DNA of 64,000 nucleotides from Antedon mediterranea (Eukaryota > Animalia > Echinodermata), in assembly GCF_964355755.1 (NCBI RefSeq), contig NC_092678.1, forward strand, positions 19,795,365 through 19,859,364. Reading direction: 5' to 3'. Position numbers and translations under genes: made by a program. Of the stretch, positions 26,701 to 38,167 are shown one piece after another. Position 1 is the first letter of the stretch; each line of letters opens with the position of its first letter. The notes beneath the pieces were generated by a model, which was not told where the DNA came from, searched no databases, and saw only the letters and a list, made by a program, of their open reading frames with translations.

Positions 26701-29569
26701 TCTTCCTGGTGGTGGCAAAGGTTAATAAAGTTATATTTGTTTTTGTATTGGCCGCCACATCCATCTGTGAAATAATGAACTTTTTTCATGGTTGGTAGTT
26801 TTGTTTTTCTATAGGGGATGACAACCTTTAAAAAGGCATATACAGTAACTGTTGTATGTTCTCTGCAATCACTTATTATGCATATGTTAATGTGCATAAT
26901 AACATAGTAAGGACACTAAACTATGTGTCAAAATTGATTTTAAAAGTATGTGAGTTACCCAGTATTTCTCATATCAAAATATATCTACTGTTTAAGTGGG
27001 CCTGATGAGAAAGCGTAACAATAAGACACCTTAACAGTTAGTGTTCACACTGTGTATAAGTATAACAACACCAAAAATACACTAAAAGGAAGAGGTATGT
27101 CAACTTCAAATTGTAATTTCATGGAAACAAAGAAAAAAACCCCTCCAATTTTTTTATATGTTGTAGTTGACACGTAGGGCTACATTTTTCGTGATAGTCA
27201 CCAACAAATTGGGCGTGTTCCACGGGGTCAATTTCAAGGTCAAAATATATGTCAAAGTTTTATTCAACTTAAAATTAACATAAAACACACACAATTAGTA
27301 TATTTAGGTTCCTTATGGTCTCCCCTTTACAAAAATACCTTTGTTTTTAAAATCGAACCTATAGTTCCCGAGATACAGCTCTTTGAAACGTGGCGGCCGC
27401 GCGCTTTTTTGCGTAAAAACCGAAAATTGAAATTGCGATATCTCGAAAACCGTTGGTCCGATAAGGTTAAAATTTGAAAATTTGGTTTTAATTGCTATGA
27501 TTTATGAATCACCCATATACCAAATTTCATCAAAATTGGAAGAGGTAGGGTTTAAAATTCCATTTTTTTTGGGTGAACTGAGATGGAATGACCCTTTTAT
27601 TTATTTATTTTCATTTACTGTATTATTGTAATTATTTATTTAAAATTTAAATAAATATTATTTTTAGTTTTTGTGATTGTTTAATACTCTTCAGAAGTTG
27701 GTAAATAAACAATTTAATGTCTTAATAGATTAAATTTTTTTTTCCACTGATTGTATATCACCAACAAAGACAGTAGAAACACAAAAGATAAGATGAGGGC
27801 ATTGTTCTGCTGCCAGCCTAATTTTCTTGCGACCCACTATTCAACTAAACATAGAATTGCTCCAGAAGTGCTTGTACTGTACATGTAGTACAGTACAGGA
27901 CAGAATAAGCGTTTACATCTAAGCTTAATTTATTTCTTTTTATTGGACATACAGTACACAGTATTGCATATTTTTCACATCACATTCACAATGATGATAC
28001 TAACAAACATTACTATTTATATGCCTAGTGTGTAAACATTATTGACATAATTTCATTAAACATCCACATACAGTACAACAATCTTCTATCAACTAAAAGT
28101 AGTAGTTAATCATGTCTTGGGTCACATTCTATGGTCACCGTACAGATAGGCTACTACATCAGTACTTCTATGAATGGATGACTAGTTGGTGACAAGAACA
28201 CAAGTTGGTCATACCCAGTACCGTTTTGATTTACGATCATTCGGGAAACCACCTCAGAACTGTATAAACTTCTGACAAAACTAAAACTACAGTTTTTTCT
28301 CTAAGAAACTTTTCTCCATTCTACTGTCAACTATTTTGTTAATGTTAGTTCAAAATTATCTGTATCTCAATCAATTTCAATGTAATAACTTGTTAAAAAC
28401 ACTTTTCTTTCTATTACCCAGACAACTAAATTTAGCATTTGAGACATGTTTGTTTATTTTATATGATGGCATTGTCATTATTATTGAAAATGTTTAGTCA
28501 CCTGAAATATAGCAAACACAGGAAATGGCTGTCTGGCCTCATTTTCTTTAAGCTCTGTCAACATTAATGCATTTGACAGTGATCTACTACGCTAAATCTT
28601 GTATAACATTTATAGTGAAATAATTCAAATTGAATAAAAAACAATCAATTTGAAATACTGTCAACAAAAATGTATTTTCGGTATTAAGAAAAGTATAAAT
28701 CTATTATTATTAATTTGCCCAACTACACCTACAGTAATACTGTAGTCACAGGGAGTAATTTCGCCAGTGTAGCATAGCAAAAAGCTATACAAAACAACCT
28801 TCTTGCTACACATTTCTACAATTGTGTAGCAAAATATACTATAGAAAACTATGTTTCTCGACTCAAACATCAGTTTTATTAGCAATATTGCTAAACAAAA
28901 TTTTAAGATGAAATTTTTCCCTGCAGACATACTGTAGTTCTAACTGGGAATTCTCTGCAAGTACAGTAATTACTAAAATAACTACCTTCAGAATACTTGG
29001 CGTTCATACCTCTAGAAAACAAAAATACTGTATTTATATATTTACCACCCTAAACCAAGATTGCTAGATACACAGGCTTTTTATTTTAGAACCAATACAA
29101 CAAATCTGTTTTGTTGTAAATAATTACCATAAATCAGTGTTCTCCCTTAGAAATCAAGTCAGTTAAATTAAATAATGTACAAAATTATTGATATACTGTG
29201 ACTGTGAGATTTACTAAATAAAACTAATATTGTACTTTATCCAAATATAACCGTTGATTGTTCTTGATCTTTGTTTTCAATTGCCAGGTCTACAGTAACC
29301 TACTACTAGTGTTTATTACGTATTTATTTTAATTTAGTTCTGGCAAAACCTGCTTCGGGAGAACATTGCATTTAAATAAAACCTACTTTTGTTGTTGACC
29401 TAGAGCCCAATTCATCATTAGGAATGAATACCGGTTCTTTGACAGCCGCTTGGTCCTGTGAGGGCTCAATACTCGCTTGTTCGTCATCGCTCCCTTGTCC
29501 TTCGTCTTCGCTGCTGCTGTAGTAATATTGTTTTTTTTCTCCGAGTAATTTGTCGTCTAAAGTCGCCAT
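14735..29569 (-). CDS. PDCL: Phosducin-like protein (PhLP1); 7 coding exons, 291 aa
   Basis: Exons 29569-29387, 21780-21655, 19073-18949, 17187-17085, 16712-16599, 16493-16369 and 14834-14735 total 876 nt in frame. Motifs MATLDDKLLGEK..YYYSSSEDE, TGPKGVIADW, LPALLVYRGG..LGNFVRV and C-terminal EDSDLELD. Confidence 0.95.
14870..16285. repeat. 46-bp minisatellite, about 30 units, filling the last PDCL intron
   Basis: Unit catgacaggtgtgcaacatagcacatccagggcatggaagcttcaa, period 46 (e.g. 15251, 15297, 15481). The core at about 15110-16180 is near-identical and the edges are degenerate. Confidence 0.95.
18412..18748 (+). mobile_element. tRNA-derived SINE with Deu/Nin-like central domain
   Basis: A box gtggccgagcggttaag, B box ggttcgaggc, core tctcggataaggactataaaccgtaggtcc...ttaaagaacc...gagtagggg...cccggtg, and an (AAAC)n tail. 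Confidence 0.85.
21300..21600 (-). mobile_element. Second copy of the same SINE, inverted
   Basis: Reverse complement of 18412-18715 with only a few substitutions and one small indel; short poly(A) tail. Confidence 0.9.
23746..25055. repeat. Inverted duplication (~200-bp arms) of a MITE-like segment; right arm interrupted
   Basis: 23776-23960 is the reverse complement of 24240-24357 joined to 24988-25053. Confidence 0.7.
24358..24983. mobile_element. Kolobok-like non-autonomous DNA transposon
   Basis: TTAA duplicated at 24354-24357 and 24984-24987, AG...CT termini and a short imperfect TIR (agccccattccct / agggaaggggtct). The uninterrupted arm near 23845 has a single TTAA. Confidence 0.75.
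25667..26897 (-). pseudogene. C-terminal part of a Sola2-like DDD transposase, split by a SINE
   Basis: 26897-26538 and 26179-25667 join in frame (MFDYCV|MDIPGINFF) to about 290 aa. The N-terminus and the first catalytic Asp motif are missing. Confidence 0.8.
26180..26537 (+). mobile_element. Deu/Nin-domain tRNA SINE, second subfamily
   Basis: A and B boxes and the same central domain as 18412, but a different tRNA-like middle and a different 3' tail ending in (TAAAA)n. Confidence 0.85.
28748..28924. mobile_element. Short MITE (caggga...tccctg); uninterrupted copy of the element at 35050-37726
   Basis: Reverse-complement match to 35050-35069 joined to 37572-37726. Confidence 0.75.
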
Positions 29570-30906
29570 TATCCTTTTAATTTTATGTAATCTATTTTTC
29601 AAATAAAAATGTAAAAATGTTTATTTTTTTTACCTTTACAAACCTTTACATACAGTACAGTACAGATTGGAAACAAAAATGTGATTTTTATAATACACCT
29701 GAATGGATTCCTATAACATACTGTACCATTCACTGTAAGTACTGTATATTCTCTATTGCACAGTAAACACTTCTCCAATGATTCTACTAATCTATTACAC
29801 TCTAGTAGCAGCTTTTTGAAAAACTGTTTAGAATTACAAAAACAAACAAACTGATCCTGAAAAACTAACCTGTACTGCAGCGTGAGCCTTCTACAATATT
29901 TATTATTCTACTCCGCGGCTAATAAATTGGAAACAAACTTCTAAAATCAGTTTTTGAAACTGTTATGGCATTTTCTTTTTTATAGAAACAGGCCCTAAAG
30001 TTATACCACTCACTACAGTATGTAAAATTGATGGATCTGTTGATATTTTTTTTTATTCACTTGCTTGTTTCCGTCACAAGGTTTTGTCTAATTGTCAGTA
30101 ATATTTAAATGTTGTCTTGTTATCTGTTGATTTTTGCTTGTATGTATACAGTATAATATATTATATTTTACGACTTTCAACCCTGTTAATGGTGATGTTT
30201 GGTCACTGTAGGGTGATGATGAAATAAAATAAAAAAAATAAAAAAATAAAAAATTTATATTATACAATGATAGGCAAGAGGAAGTGGACATTTAATTTAC
30301 AGTATATATTGAAGTATGCTCTTCTTTCCTAATCTCAGACATTGTTTGTTTTTTTGTGTATGATAATTAATTTATTAATGACTTCCACATTACCATCACT
30401 TCACAGGTTACTTCATGTTTGTATTATTCTCGATTAGTTAAAAATCAAATAGAAATTGTAGCTTTGTTTTCCTTATAATTATTAATTTATGTAATTTTCT
30501 TTTTCATATTCAAAGTTATAATATATCTTTAGGATGGGTCGAACTCTTTCTGACTCTCCCCTCCACATGATTGAACTACTTTTCATTGTATTTATGCAAT
30601 TTTATTATTTAACAAACTTGTTCATTGTGTATAATATAATGTTATAATATTTTGGAAATAAATTAAAATTGAAAGTTAAAACTAAACCATGTTTCGATCA
30701 AAATGTATTAGTGGTGTCTACGCTATCAATGTGATGTGCTCATAAAAAGACATGATGATGTCATATATCACTACCATATTTGGGCATATCACTACCATAT
30801 TTGGGCATATCACTACTATATTTGGGCACACTTATTTGTCAAACTACAGTAGTTTGATAGATAGTGTAGACATAGCTTAAAAGTACAGCACTATGTCTCA
30901 GGGTTA

Positions 30907-31085
30907 AGCCTGGTTCCCACTAGAACGTAACGCAAGGACGTAAACGCAACGCAAGCGTTTTAACCAATGGCAAGCGAAGTTATAGACAGTTAGCAATCAC
31001 AGGCGAATAAGCCATCGCTTGTGATTGGTCAATTCACTTGCGTTGCGTTACGTCCTTGTGTTGCGTCGCTAGTGGGAACCACGCT
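30907..31085. mobile_element. Palindromic MITE family A
   Basis: TIR with exact TTA on both sides. Confidence 0.85.
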
Positions 31086-32043
31086 TTAGTTGGAACGCAA
31101 ACTGTTACTAGAAGGTGTATATAATGTAATTGCTTCCTGTCATGATGCAGTAGTTCAATCAATTTCAAGTATGGAATTGTACAGTAATGTTAGTTTCGAT
31201 TTATCATTTCAATTTATTTACTTTTTTTTAGACTTAGGCAAAAAAAAAGTAAAATTGGCTGAGGTTTTTGGTTGATTTTGTTTTTTTTTAATTTTTTTTT
31301 TTTTTTTTCGTTTTTACAGTCTAAGTTATTAAATTTATTTAACTACACAATGGCCCATTCAAAGTCTTGTTTTAATATTAGTAATTTTATATGACAATAC
31401 ATCTTTAATTAGACACTTTGCATTGGGTCAAAAATGGGTTCTAACTACCGGTATTGTTATCACAAATAGTACATAAAGTCATTATTGGAGTGTTTACAGT
31501 TAATGTTACTGAAAAATACAACTGTAAATTATGTATTTATTCCTTTTTGGTAATTACAGTACAGCAAACAGCAAAACCATGATTTGATTGCTGGGTTTAT
31601 TGTCCGTTTAAAATTAAACAACAAAACGATTCAATGTCTACTTAGTGATGTGGAAAAATTGGTAACAATGAACAACAAGGATCATTTACAGTAATACAAT
31701 ATCAATACTTTACTATGTAATTCAAATTAAAAATCACAATATTAATAATAATATTGAAAGGATTTTTGTTGTATATTTGTTGTATATTTTTAGTATATTA
31801 TTAGTAGGTATAAATGATAATAAAAACCACTGCAGATCTATACGTTACATAAAATAAATCTTGATAAAATTAATATTTTAATACATTTTTTTTTGTGCCA
31901 ACAACAATTTATAAAATAAACTAGGCCTACTGTACTATAATGTTGGGTATGTTATCAACAAATGACAAATGAAACATAAATTTTAAATAAGCGAGGTATA
32001 CCTACTATAGAAGCTACAGTGCTAAATAAAGAGCCTAGCCTAC

Positions 32044-32085
32044 AGTAGTACGTCGTAGTAGTAGTAGTACTAGTAGTAGTAGTAC

Positions 32086-32142
<57 letters not shown>

Positions 32143-32183
32143 AGTAGTAGTAGTACTAGTAGTAGTAGTAGTAGTAGTAGTAC

Positions 32184-32223
<40 letters not shown>
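32044..32223. repeat. (AGT)n microsatellite with ACT interruptions, left part
   Basis: Directly visible. Confidence 0.95.
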
Positions 32224-34318
32224 CAGCCCACGAAATTCAGAAAAAAGAAGGTCGGCAAAAAATTGCCGACCTTAAATCCGCCAAGGTCGGCAGTCTCGGC
32301 AGTTCTAAAAATAGAAAATTCACCAAGGCCTAACCTCTTGCTAACCTAAGGCCTAGCTAGGCCTAGTGTAACACTCTGACCATCAGGTCAACAACCCTTT
32401 TTCACTATTTCTCCCTACTCCATCTATTAACATTCCTAGTGGTTTCTTCCTATCCCTAGGTACTCTTTATTCACTCTCCTATAACCCACATCCTTAATCA
32501 ATTACTGTTTCCTCATCATCATGGAATGTTCCCTTTACTAAATAGTCCCCTCCCAGTACATGCATATTAATTAGGACCGTTCCTTAAAATATGGATGTAC
32601 TGGTAAGAGGAGAGAAGAGAAGGAAAAGAGCTTGGTAGAATAAAACATTTATAATAGAGAGAAGAAAAGGTATGTAATATAGCCAGAACAGACTGTATTA
32701 CATTGCATATTTAAATAAAACTGCCACCGTTACACTAGCCTCCCTAGCTAAATGTTATGCAAAAAGAACTAGCAAAATTATCTAAAATATAAAAACCTAA
32801 CACTAAAATTTACAAGATAAATTCTATTTGATAATTGCTGAACATCGTGGTTCTGGAGCTAGCCGTACACAGAGGGGTGTCACGAAACCTCAGACCACGA
32901 AAGCTCAGACCCCCTAAGACCTAAGATCACGAAAGCTAAGACCCAACACCAAGATTACAAATACTAAGATATACTACAGCTTAAAAACAATACTTGTTTA
33001 TCCATACATAATTTTAAACACAGTAGGTTTCATTTATTACCATAAATATAATTTAATACTACCGCAAAACATAGATAAACTCACATTATTTTCGCCCGTT
33101 GAGTAAATGTATATTTTTTCTTTACAACAAACAAACTTGACGGGTTGTTTGTTGGTATATATTTACTCCATTGTGTTGCTTCAGAGGATGTTTTTCTTAC
33201 GCACCTGCCTTTCTTGTATTTTGACTCCAAATTTGTTGACTAACTTTATCCTGAACACCACACTTTAAAATTAGGACTTATAAGTACTTTCAGAAGGAGA
33301 AACACATAACAAATAAATAAATCCTTTAAATTGATGATTTTACAGGCGTGTTTCTTTGTATACTGTAATGTAACTCCTCGAGCTCCCCGCTCAATGTTTT
33401 TGTTTCTATGGAGCGCCAAAAGAGCAACAATAATAGTACAAGTATAAAAACAGAAAGAAAACGAAACAAAAAAACTTTTAAGTTAAAATTTATTTGCCAG
33501 TATTTATTTCTTCGTACTTGCATGATTATACTATTATCATTACAATTTTAATTTTACATTGTTCCATCCACACTGTAGATGGACTCCACAGAGTTTTCAG
33601 CCCTCTATATAATTTTTGCTCTTTTGACGTTCCATAGAAACAAAAACATTGAACATGGCCCATGGCATGGGGTAGGCCTACTGTACTGTGTAGGCTAGTC
33701 ATTTTGTGTGCGAGAAAAACGTCTGTAAAATCATCAATTTAAAAATGTATTTGTTACTTTTTATTTGATTCTTTTTCATGAAAGTGCCAATTCTAAGGTG
33801 TGGTATTCAGAATAAATGTTGGGAGTTAAAATACAAGGCAGGTGCGAAAGATAAATATTTGTAATCTTAGGTGTTGGGTCTTAGCTTTCGTGATCTTAGG
33901 TCTTAGGGGGTCTGAGCTTTCGTGGTCTGAGCTTTCGTGACACCCGTACACAGAGCATAGCCTGGTTGCTTGCTTGGCATAACAGGGTATTCCCCTACAC
34001 AGGTCTGTCGCGCAGCGCTGTGCCCAGCCAGCTTGATAGGAAAGCATGCAGCTCACACACAACATGATGTAATGGTTGAGTGAATTCAGGGATCATCTTA
34101 ATTCCATGGTTTGTTAACTAAACACAACATGGTGGTGAATATGCCTGTTAAAATTTCAATGATACGATCCCTTAAAGTACCATGTTGTTGCTAGGAGGCT
34201 TGAAAGGAGGGATCTCTAGCCTAGTTTCAAGGTCGGCAATCTCTTGCCGTCCTCTGACAATTTAAGGTCGGCAATAAGGTCGGCAATTGCCGATTGCCGA
34301 CGTGAAATTCGTGGGCTG
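32224..34318. mobile_element. Non-autonomous TIR element (CAG...CTG termini, hAT-like) inserted in (AGT)n
   Basis: TIR cagcccacgaa / ttcgtgggctg, with multiple subterminal aaggtcggca motifs at both ends. TSD length is ambiguous within the repeat. Confidence 0.75.
32875..33945. mobile_element. MULE/foldback-like element nested in the previous element
   Basis: 10-bp direct repeat gtacacagag at 32865-32874 and 33946-33955. ~90-bp TIR gggtgtcacgaaa... built from cacgaaagct subrepeats. Further degenerate inverted arms at about 33245-33430 and 33610-33815. Confidence 0.8.
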
Positions 34319-34737
34319 AGTAGTAGTACTAGTAGTAGTAGTAGTACTAGTAGTAGTAGTACTAGTAGTAGTAGTACTAGTAGTAGTAGTAGTAGTAGTA
34401 GTACTAGTAGTAGTAGTACTAGTAGTAGTAGTACTAGTAGTAGTAGTAGTAGTAGTACTAGTAGTAGTAGTACTAGTAGTAGTAGTACTAGTAGTAGTAG
34501 TACTAGTAGTAGTAGTACTAGTAGTAGTAGTACTAGTAGTAGTAGTAGTAGTACTAGTAGTAGTAGTACTAGTAGTAGTAGTACTAGTAGTAGTACTAGT
34601 AGTAGTAGTACTAGTAGTAGTAGTAGTAGTAGTACTAGTAGTAGTAGTACTAGTAGTAGTAGTACTAGTAGTAGTAGTACTAGTAGTAGTAGTACTAGTA
34701 GTAGTAGTAGTAGTAGTAGTACTAGTAGTAGTAGTAC

Positions 34738-34781
<44 letters not shown>

Positions 34782-34926
34782 CTAGTAGTAGTAGTACTAG
34801 TAGTAGTAGTAGTAGTAGTAGTAGTACTAGTAGTAGTAGTACTAGTAGTAGTAGTAGTAGTACTAGTAGTAGTAGTACTAGTAGTAGTAGTAGTAGTAGT
34901 AGTACTAGTAGTACTAGTAGTAGTAC

Positions 34927-34973
<47 letters not shown>

Positions 34974-34988
34974 ATGTAGTAGTAGTAG
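34319..34988. repeat. (AGT)n/(ACT) microsatellite, right part (~670 bp)
   Basis: Directly visible; it explains the poly-Ser ORF. Confidence 0.95.
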
Positions 34989-35069
34989 AGCCCTAGCTTG
35001 CTAGCAGCGCAATACTAGGTGCCTGTAGGAGGTAGTAGTGAGTACTATACAGGGGAAAATTTCATTTTT

Positions 35070-37562
35070 CGCCGTGGCTAAAGATACGGTACCGTATTCT
35101 AACTTCTGTTTACTAAAGGTACGGTAAAATTGCATTACGTCATAACCAGCCAATGGGGTGCTGTACGTGTGTGACGTCATCGTATAAGGACTTTGTGGAT
35201 TTTTTTCATATCGCAAAAACAGTGATCAACCGCATTTTCTTTATGCTTTATTTATCGCTATTATCGCCGTCGTGTGTGACAAAAACTAAATGTAGCCTAC
35301 GTCTGTTATTATTATTGAAAAGCCAAAACATGTTGATTTTAATTCTAGAATACAGAAAACCGTTTCAAAAGAGGCCTAGGCTAGGCCTACTATAACCTCA
35401 TTATATGAGTTTGTTTGTGTAGAGGGAAAGCGATGCCAGGCTGGGGCCAGCTGCATGTGTGCGCTGATTTCTGTGACTCGTTAGCCCTGGGGCTACTGTC
35501 TAAATCATAGTATTTGAGGGCCCCTTTATTGTCTGCATTTGCTTGTTGTTTATGGTCACCATTGTAAACAAAGTTTAATAAAAAATATTTATTCCACATT
35601 TATTTAGTCATCAATTACAGTACATCATAATTACAGTACAACTGAGAACAGGGATCCTGCATAAAAAAGCTATAGCTTCGTTTTTTTGTAGGACCCTTTT
35701 ACATAAGAACAAGTATATAGAACTTAAATAAACAAAGGTGTTGTTAATCAGCATATAGTGATAAAAAGTATTTTTTAACCTGTTTTTTTATACATTTATT
35801 TTGTTTCTTTAAGATAACCGGTTTATTACCACCATTACAAGTGAATTCTTTCCACAATTTTGGTCCATATATGTGTATAAACTGTTGACTGCAAGTTAGT
35901 CTTGTGAAGGGAATTTCGAATTCAGTTTCTGTTCTGAGGTTATGAGTAGGCCTAATACTGTCACAGTAATTAAAAATATTTAAAATGTGATGTGGTAATT
36001 CATTGAATTTTACGTTTGCCATAAATCCTATGACGTTTACTTTGTAAATATCATAAACGTTTAATATTTTTAGTTTCTTAAACAGTGGCTCTGAGGCTTG
36101 TCTGGATTTAGAGAAGGTAATGCATTTTACAGCTCTCTTTTGAAGTTTTAGTATTACTTCTAACGTGCTCTTGTATGTATTTCCCCATATTAAGTTACCA
36201 TACTGAAGGTGAGGTAATACTAAGGTGTTATAAAGACTAATACGGACTTTATGAGGAAAGAATTCTCTTACTTTTAAAAGTATACCAATTGCCCTAGACA
36301 TTTTTTTCCTAATAAGCTGTATGTGATGTTTCCAGTTAAGATTTTCGTTTAACATTACACCTAGAAATGTCACATTTTCTTTTCTATGTAATAACACATT
36401 ATTCATTTTTATTTTAAACTGGTTTTTGTCAAAGTTCTTTTGGCTAGTTCTAAAAACAACGTAATTAGTTTTGCTGACATTCAGTAACAGCTTATTTGCT
36501 TTAAGCCATACGTTTATTTTTTCTAGTTCAATATTCATAGTATGGTTTAACATTGTAGGGTCATCTCCCCTTGTTATACAAGTTGTGTCGTCAGCAAAAC
36601 TAATTATATCTATTTTACTACTTGCTCGACTTATATCATTGATGTAAATTAAAAACAAAAGTGGTCCTAAAACAGAACCCTGTGGCACCCCTATATTGGT
36701 GTCTTTTAAACATGATGATCTACCGTTGGCATAAACATATTGTTTGCGGCCACTTAAATAGTTTCTAAACCACATTAAAACGATGCCTCTTATACCATAA
36801 TGCGCCAATTTGCTCAACAGAATACTGTGATCGATAATGTCAAACGCTTTTGACAAATCCATAAAGGTAGTAAGTGCATATTCCTTTTTTTCAAATGCAT
36901 TTAATATTTTATGGACCAAGTCGATCATAGCATGAGAAGTTGAGTGTTTGTTTCTAAATCCATATTGATTGTTGCTTAACACTTTACATTTTGTAAGATA
37001 ATTGTATAATTGATTATGGATAATCTTTTCAAAAACTTTCGAAAAAATGGGCAACAGCGATATGGGACGATAGTTTGAGGCCAAATGGCGGTCCCCTTTT
37101 TTATGTATGGGAACTACTTTGGAAATTTTCAACTTCCCTGGTATTAGTCCAGTTTGAAGTGATAAATTAAAAATATATGTCAGCGGCTTTAAAATATTGT
37201 ATTTTACTTCCTTTACAACTTTAGCTGAAATGTCATCAAATCCGGGGGCTTTGTTTGAATCGAGAGATTCAATAACTTTTAGTACCTCCTCCTCATCAAC
37301 ATAGCAAAAAAAATAGGCCATTTGGAATAAAAATAAAACCCTCATCTGCAGCGCACACACATCCACGCAGCCTGGCGCCGCCGCCGATAGCAATTCTCTA
37401 CACAAACACAACAGACGCGATATGAAAAAAAATCCCCAAGTCCTTATACGATGACGTCACACACGTACCAGCACCCCATTGGCTGATTATGACGTAATGC
37501 AATTTTACCGTACCTTTAGTAAACAGAAGTTAGAATACGGTACCGTATCTTTAGCCACGGCG
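35070..37562. mobile_element. MULE-like TIR element with 9-bp TSD, containing a LINE RT ORF, inserted in a MITE (35050-37726)
   Basis: ~145-bp near-identical TIRs (cgccgtggctaaagatacgg...). TSD ttcattttt at 35061-35069 and 37563-37571. Confidence 0.85.
35744..37345 (-). CDS. Reverse transcriptase, 5'-truncated ORF2 of a CR1/L2-group LINE, uninterrupted
   Basis: Motifs KAPGFD, NYRPISLL, QYGFR, DLSKAFD, GVPQGSVLGPLLF, FADD and FLGV; no endonuclease domain. 3' stem-loop at about 35650-35697 followed by AATAAA at about 35599-35604. Confidence 0.9.
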   Translation of the reverse strand: MRVLFLFQMAYFFCYVDEEEVLKVIESLDSNKAPGFDDISAKVVKEVKYNILKPLTYIFNLSLQTGLIPGKLKISKVVPIHKKGDRHLASNYRPISLLPIFSKVFEKIIHNQLYNYLTKCKVLSNNQYGFRNKHSTSHAMIDLVHKILNAFEKKEYALTTFMDLSKAFDIIDHSILLSKLAHYGIRGIVLMWFRNYLSGRKQYVYANGRSSCLKDTNIGVPQGSVLGPLLFLIYINDISRASSKIDIISFADDTTCITRGDDPTMLNHTMNIELEKINVWLKANKLLLNVSKTNYVVFRTSQKNFDKNQFKIKMNNVLLHRKENVTFLGVMLNENLNWKHHIQLIRKKMSRAIGILLKVREFFPHKVRISLYNTLVLPHLQYGNLIWGNTYKSTLEVILKLQKRAVKCITFSKSRQASEPLFKKLKILNVYDIYKVNVIGFMANVKFNELPHHILNIFNYCDSIRPTHNLRTETEFEIPFTRLTCSQQFIHIYGPKLWKEFTCNGGNKPVILKKQNKCIKKQVKKYFLSLYAD

Positions 37563-37869
37563 TTCATTTTTAAATTTTGTTTAGCAATATTGCTAATCAA
37601 ACTGATTTTTGAGTCGAGAAACATAGTTTTGTATTGTATTTTTTGCTACACAAATTTAAAAATCTGTAGCAAAAAGGTTGTTTTGTATAGCTTTTTGCTA
37701 TGCTACACTGGCGAAATTATTCCCTGCTATACTAACTAGGCCCTAGCCTAGGCCTAGGCTAGCTAGGCCTGTATTTATATAACCTAGCCGGCCTAGCTAG
37801 CAGCTAGGCCTAGCCTAGTAGGCGTCCGGGCGTCCGTAGGTTTACGCAACAAAGTCTTTCTCATCTTAC

Positions 37870-38167
37870 CTTAACTCTGATTTGTCTTTGCATTCGACAG
37901 GCAACAAGAAAACAAAACTTATAACCACACCACTCTCTATTCTGTGTAGGCCTAAATAATGCACAATAACTTGAATAATGCGGTTTTATGCTCGATGAAA
38001 TTATTAATGAATGGTGGTAGTGTTCACGGTGCTTGATGATGATGATGAAGAAATTATAAGCATGTACTAAAGAGGGCGCACATTCGCGACTAAAGAAAAC
38101 AAAAACACTTGCAAAAAACACGCGGCGGAAAATTGCTAAAAACCACCTCAACAAAAACAAAAATATA
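37870..38167. promoter_or_regulatory. Putative bidirectional promoter and PDCL non-coding first exon
   Basis: Strong minus-strand donor AAG|GTAAGA at 37869, 300 bp from the PPIL1 ATG. CpG-containing, with a GCGGAA ETS-like motif. The first PDCL coding exon has an AG acceptor at 29573. Confidence 0.5.

Larger units (their letters stand above)
25056..27594 (-). mobile_element. Sola2-type DNA transposon, internally deleted, ~510-525-bp TIRs
   Basis: TIRs 25056-25566 and 27068-27594, GGG...CCC termini and TTTT on both sides. Transposase motifs YFTDGCGGQYKN and FFATSHGKSACDGIGGTVKR. Confidence 0.85.

Noticed and set aside
34244-34996. 250-aa poly-Ser/Thr ORF
   Set aside because: It is the translation of an (AGT)n microsatellite, starts at a non-ATG codon inside a TE end, and has no exon context.
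35744-37411. RT as a retron, DGR or group II intron, or as a telomerase partner of the adjacent (AGT)n tract
   Set aside because: The motifs and 3' stem-loop/AATAAA end are those of a CR1/L2-group LINE. No template/variable repeat pair is present, and the microsatellite lies outside the TIR element.
35001-37739. Similar peptides from ORFs 35001-35216, 37479-37739 and 28661-28930 suggesting a gene family
   Set aside because: The similarity comes from the two TIRs and the shared MITE, not from coding conservation.
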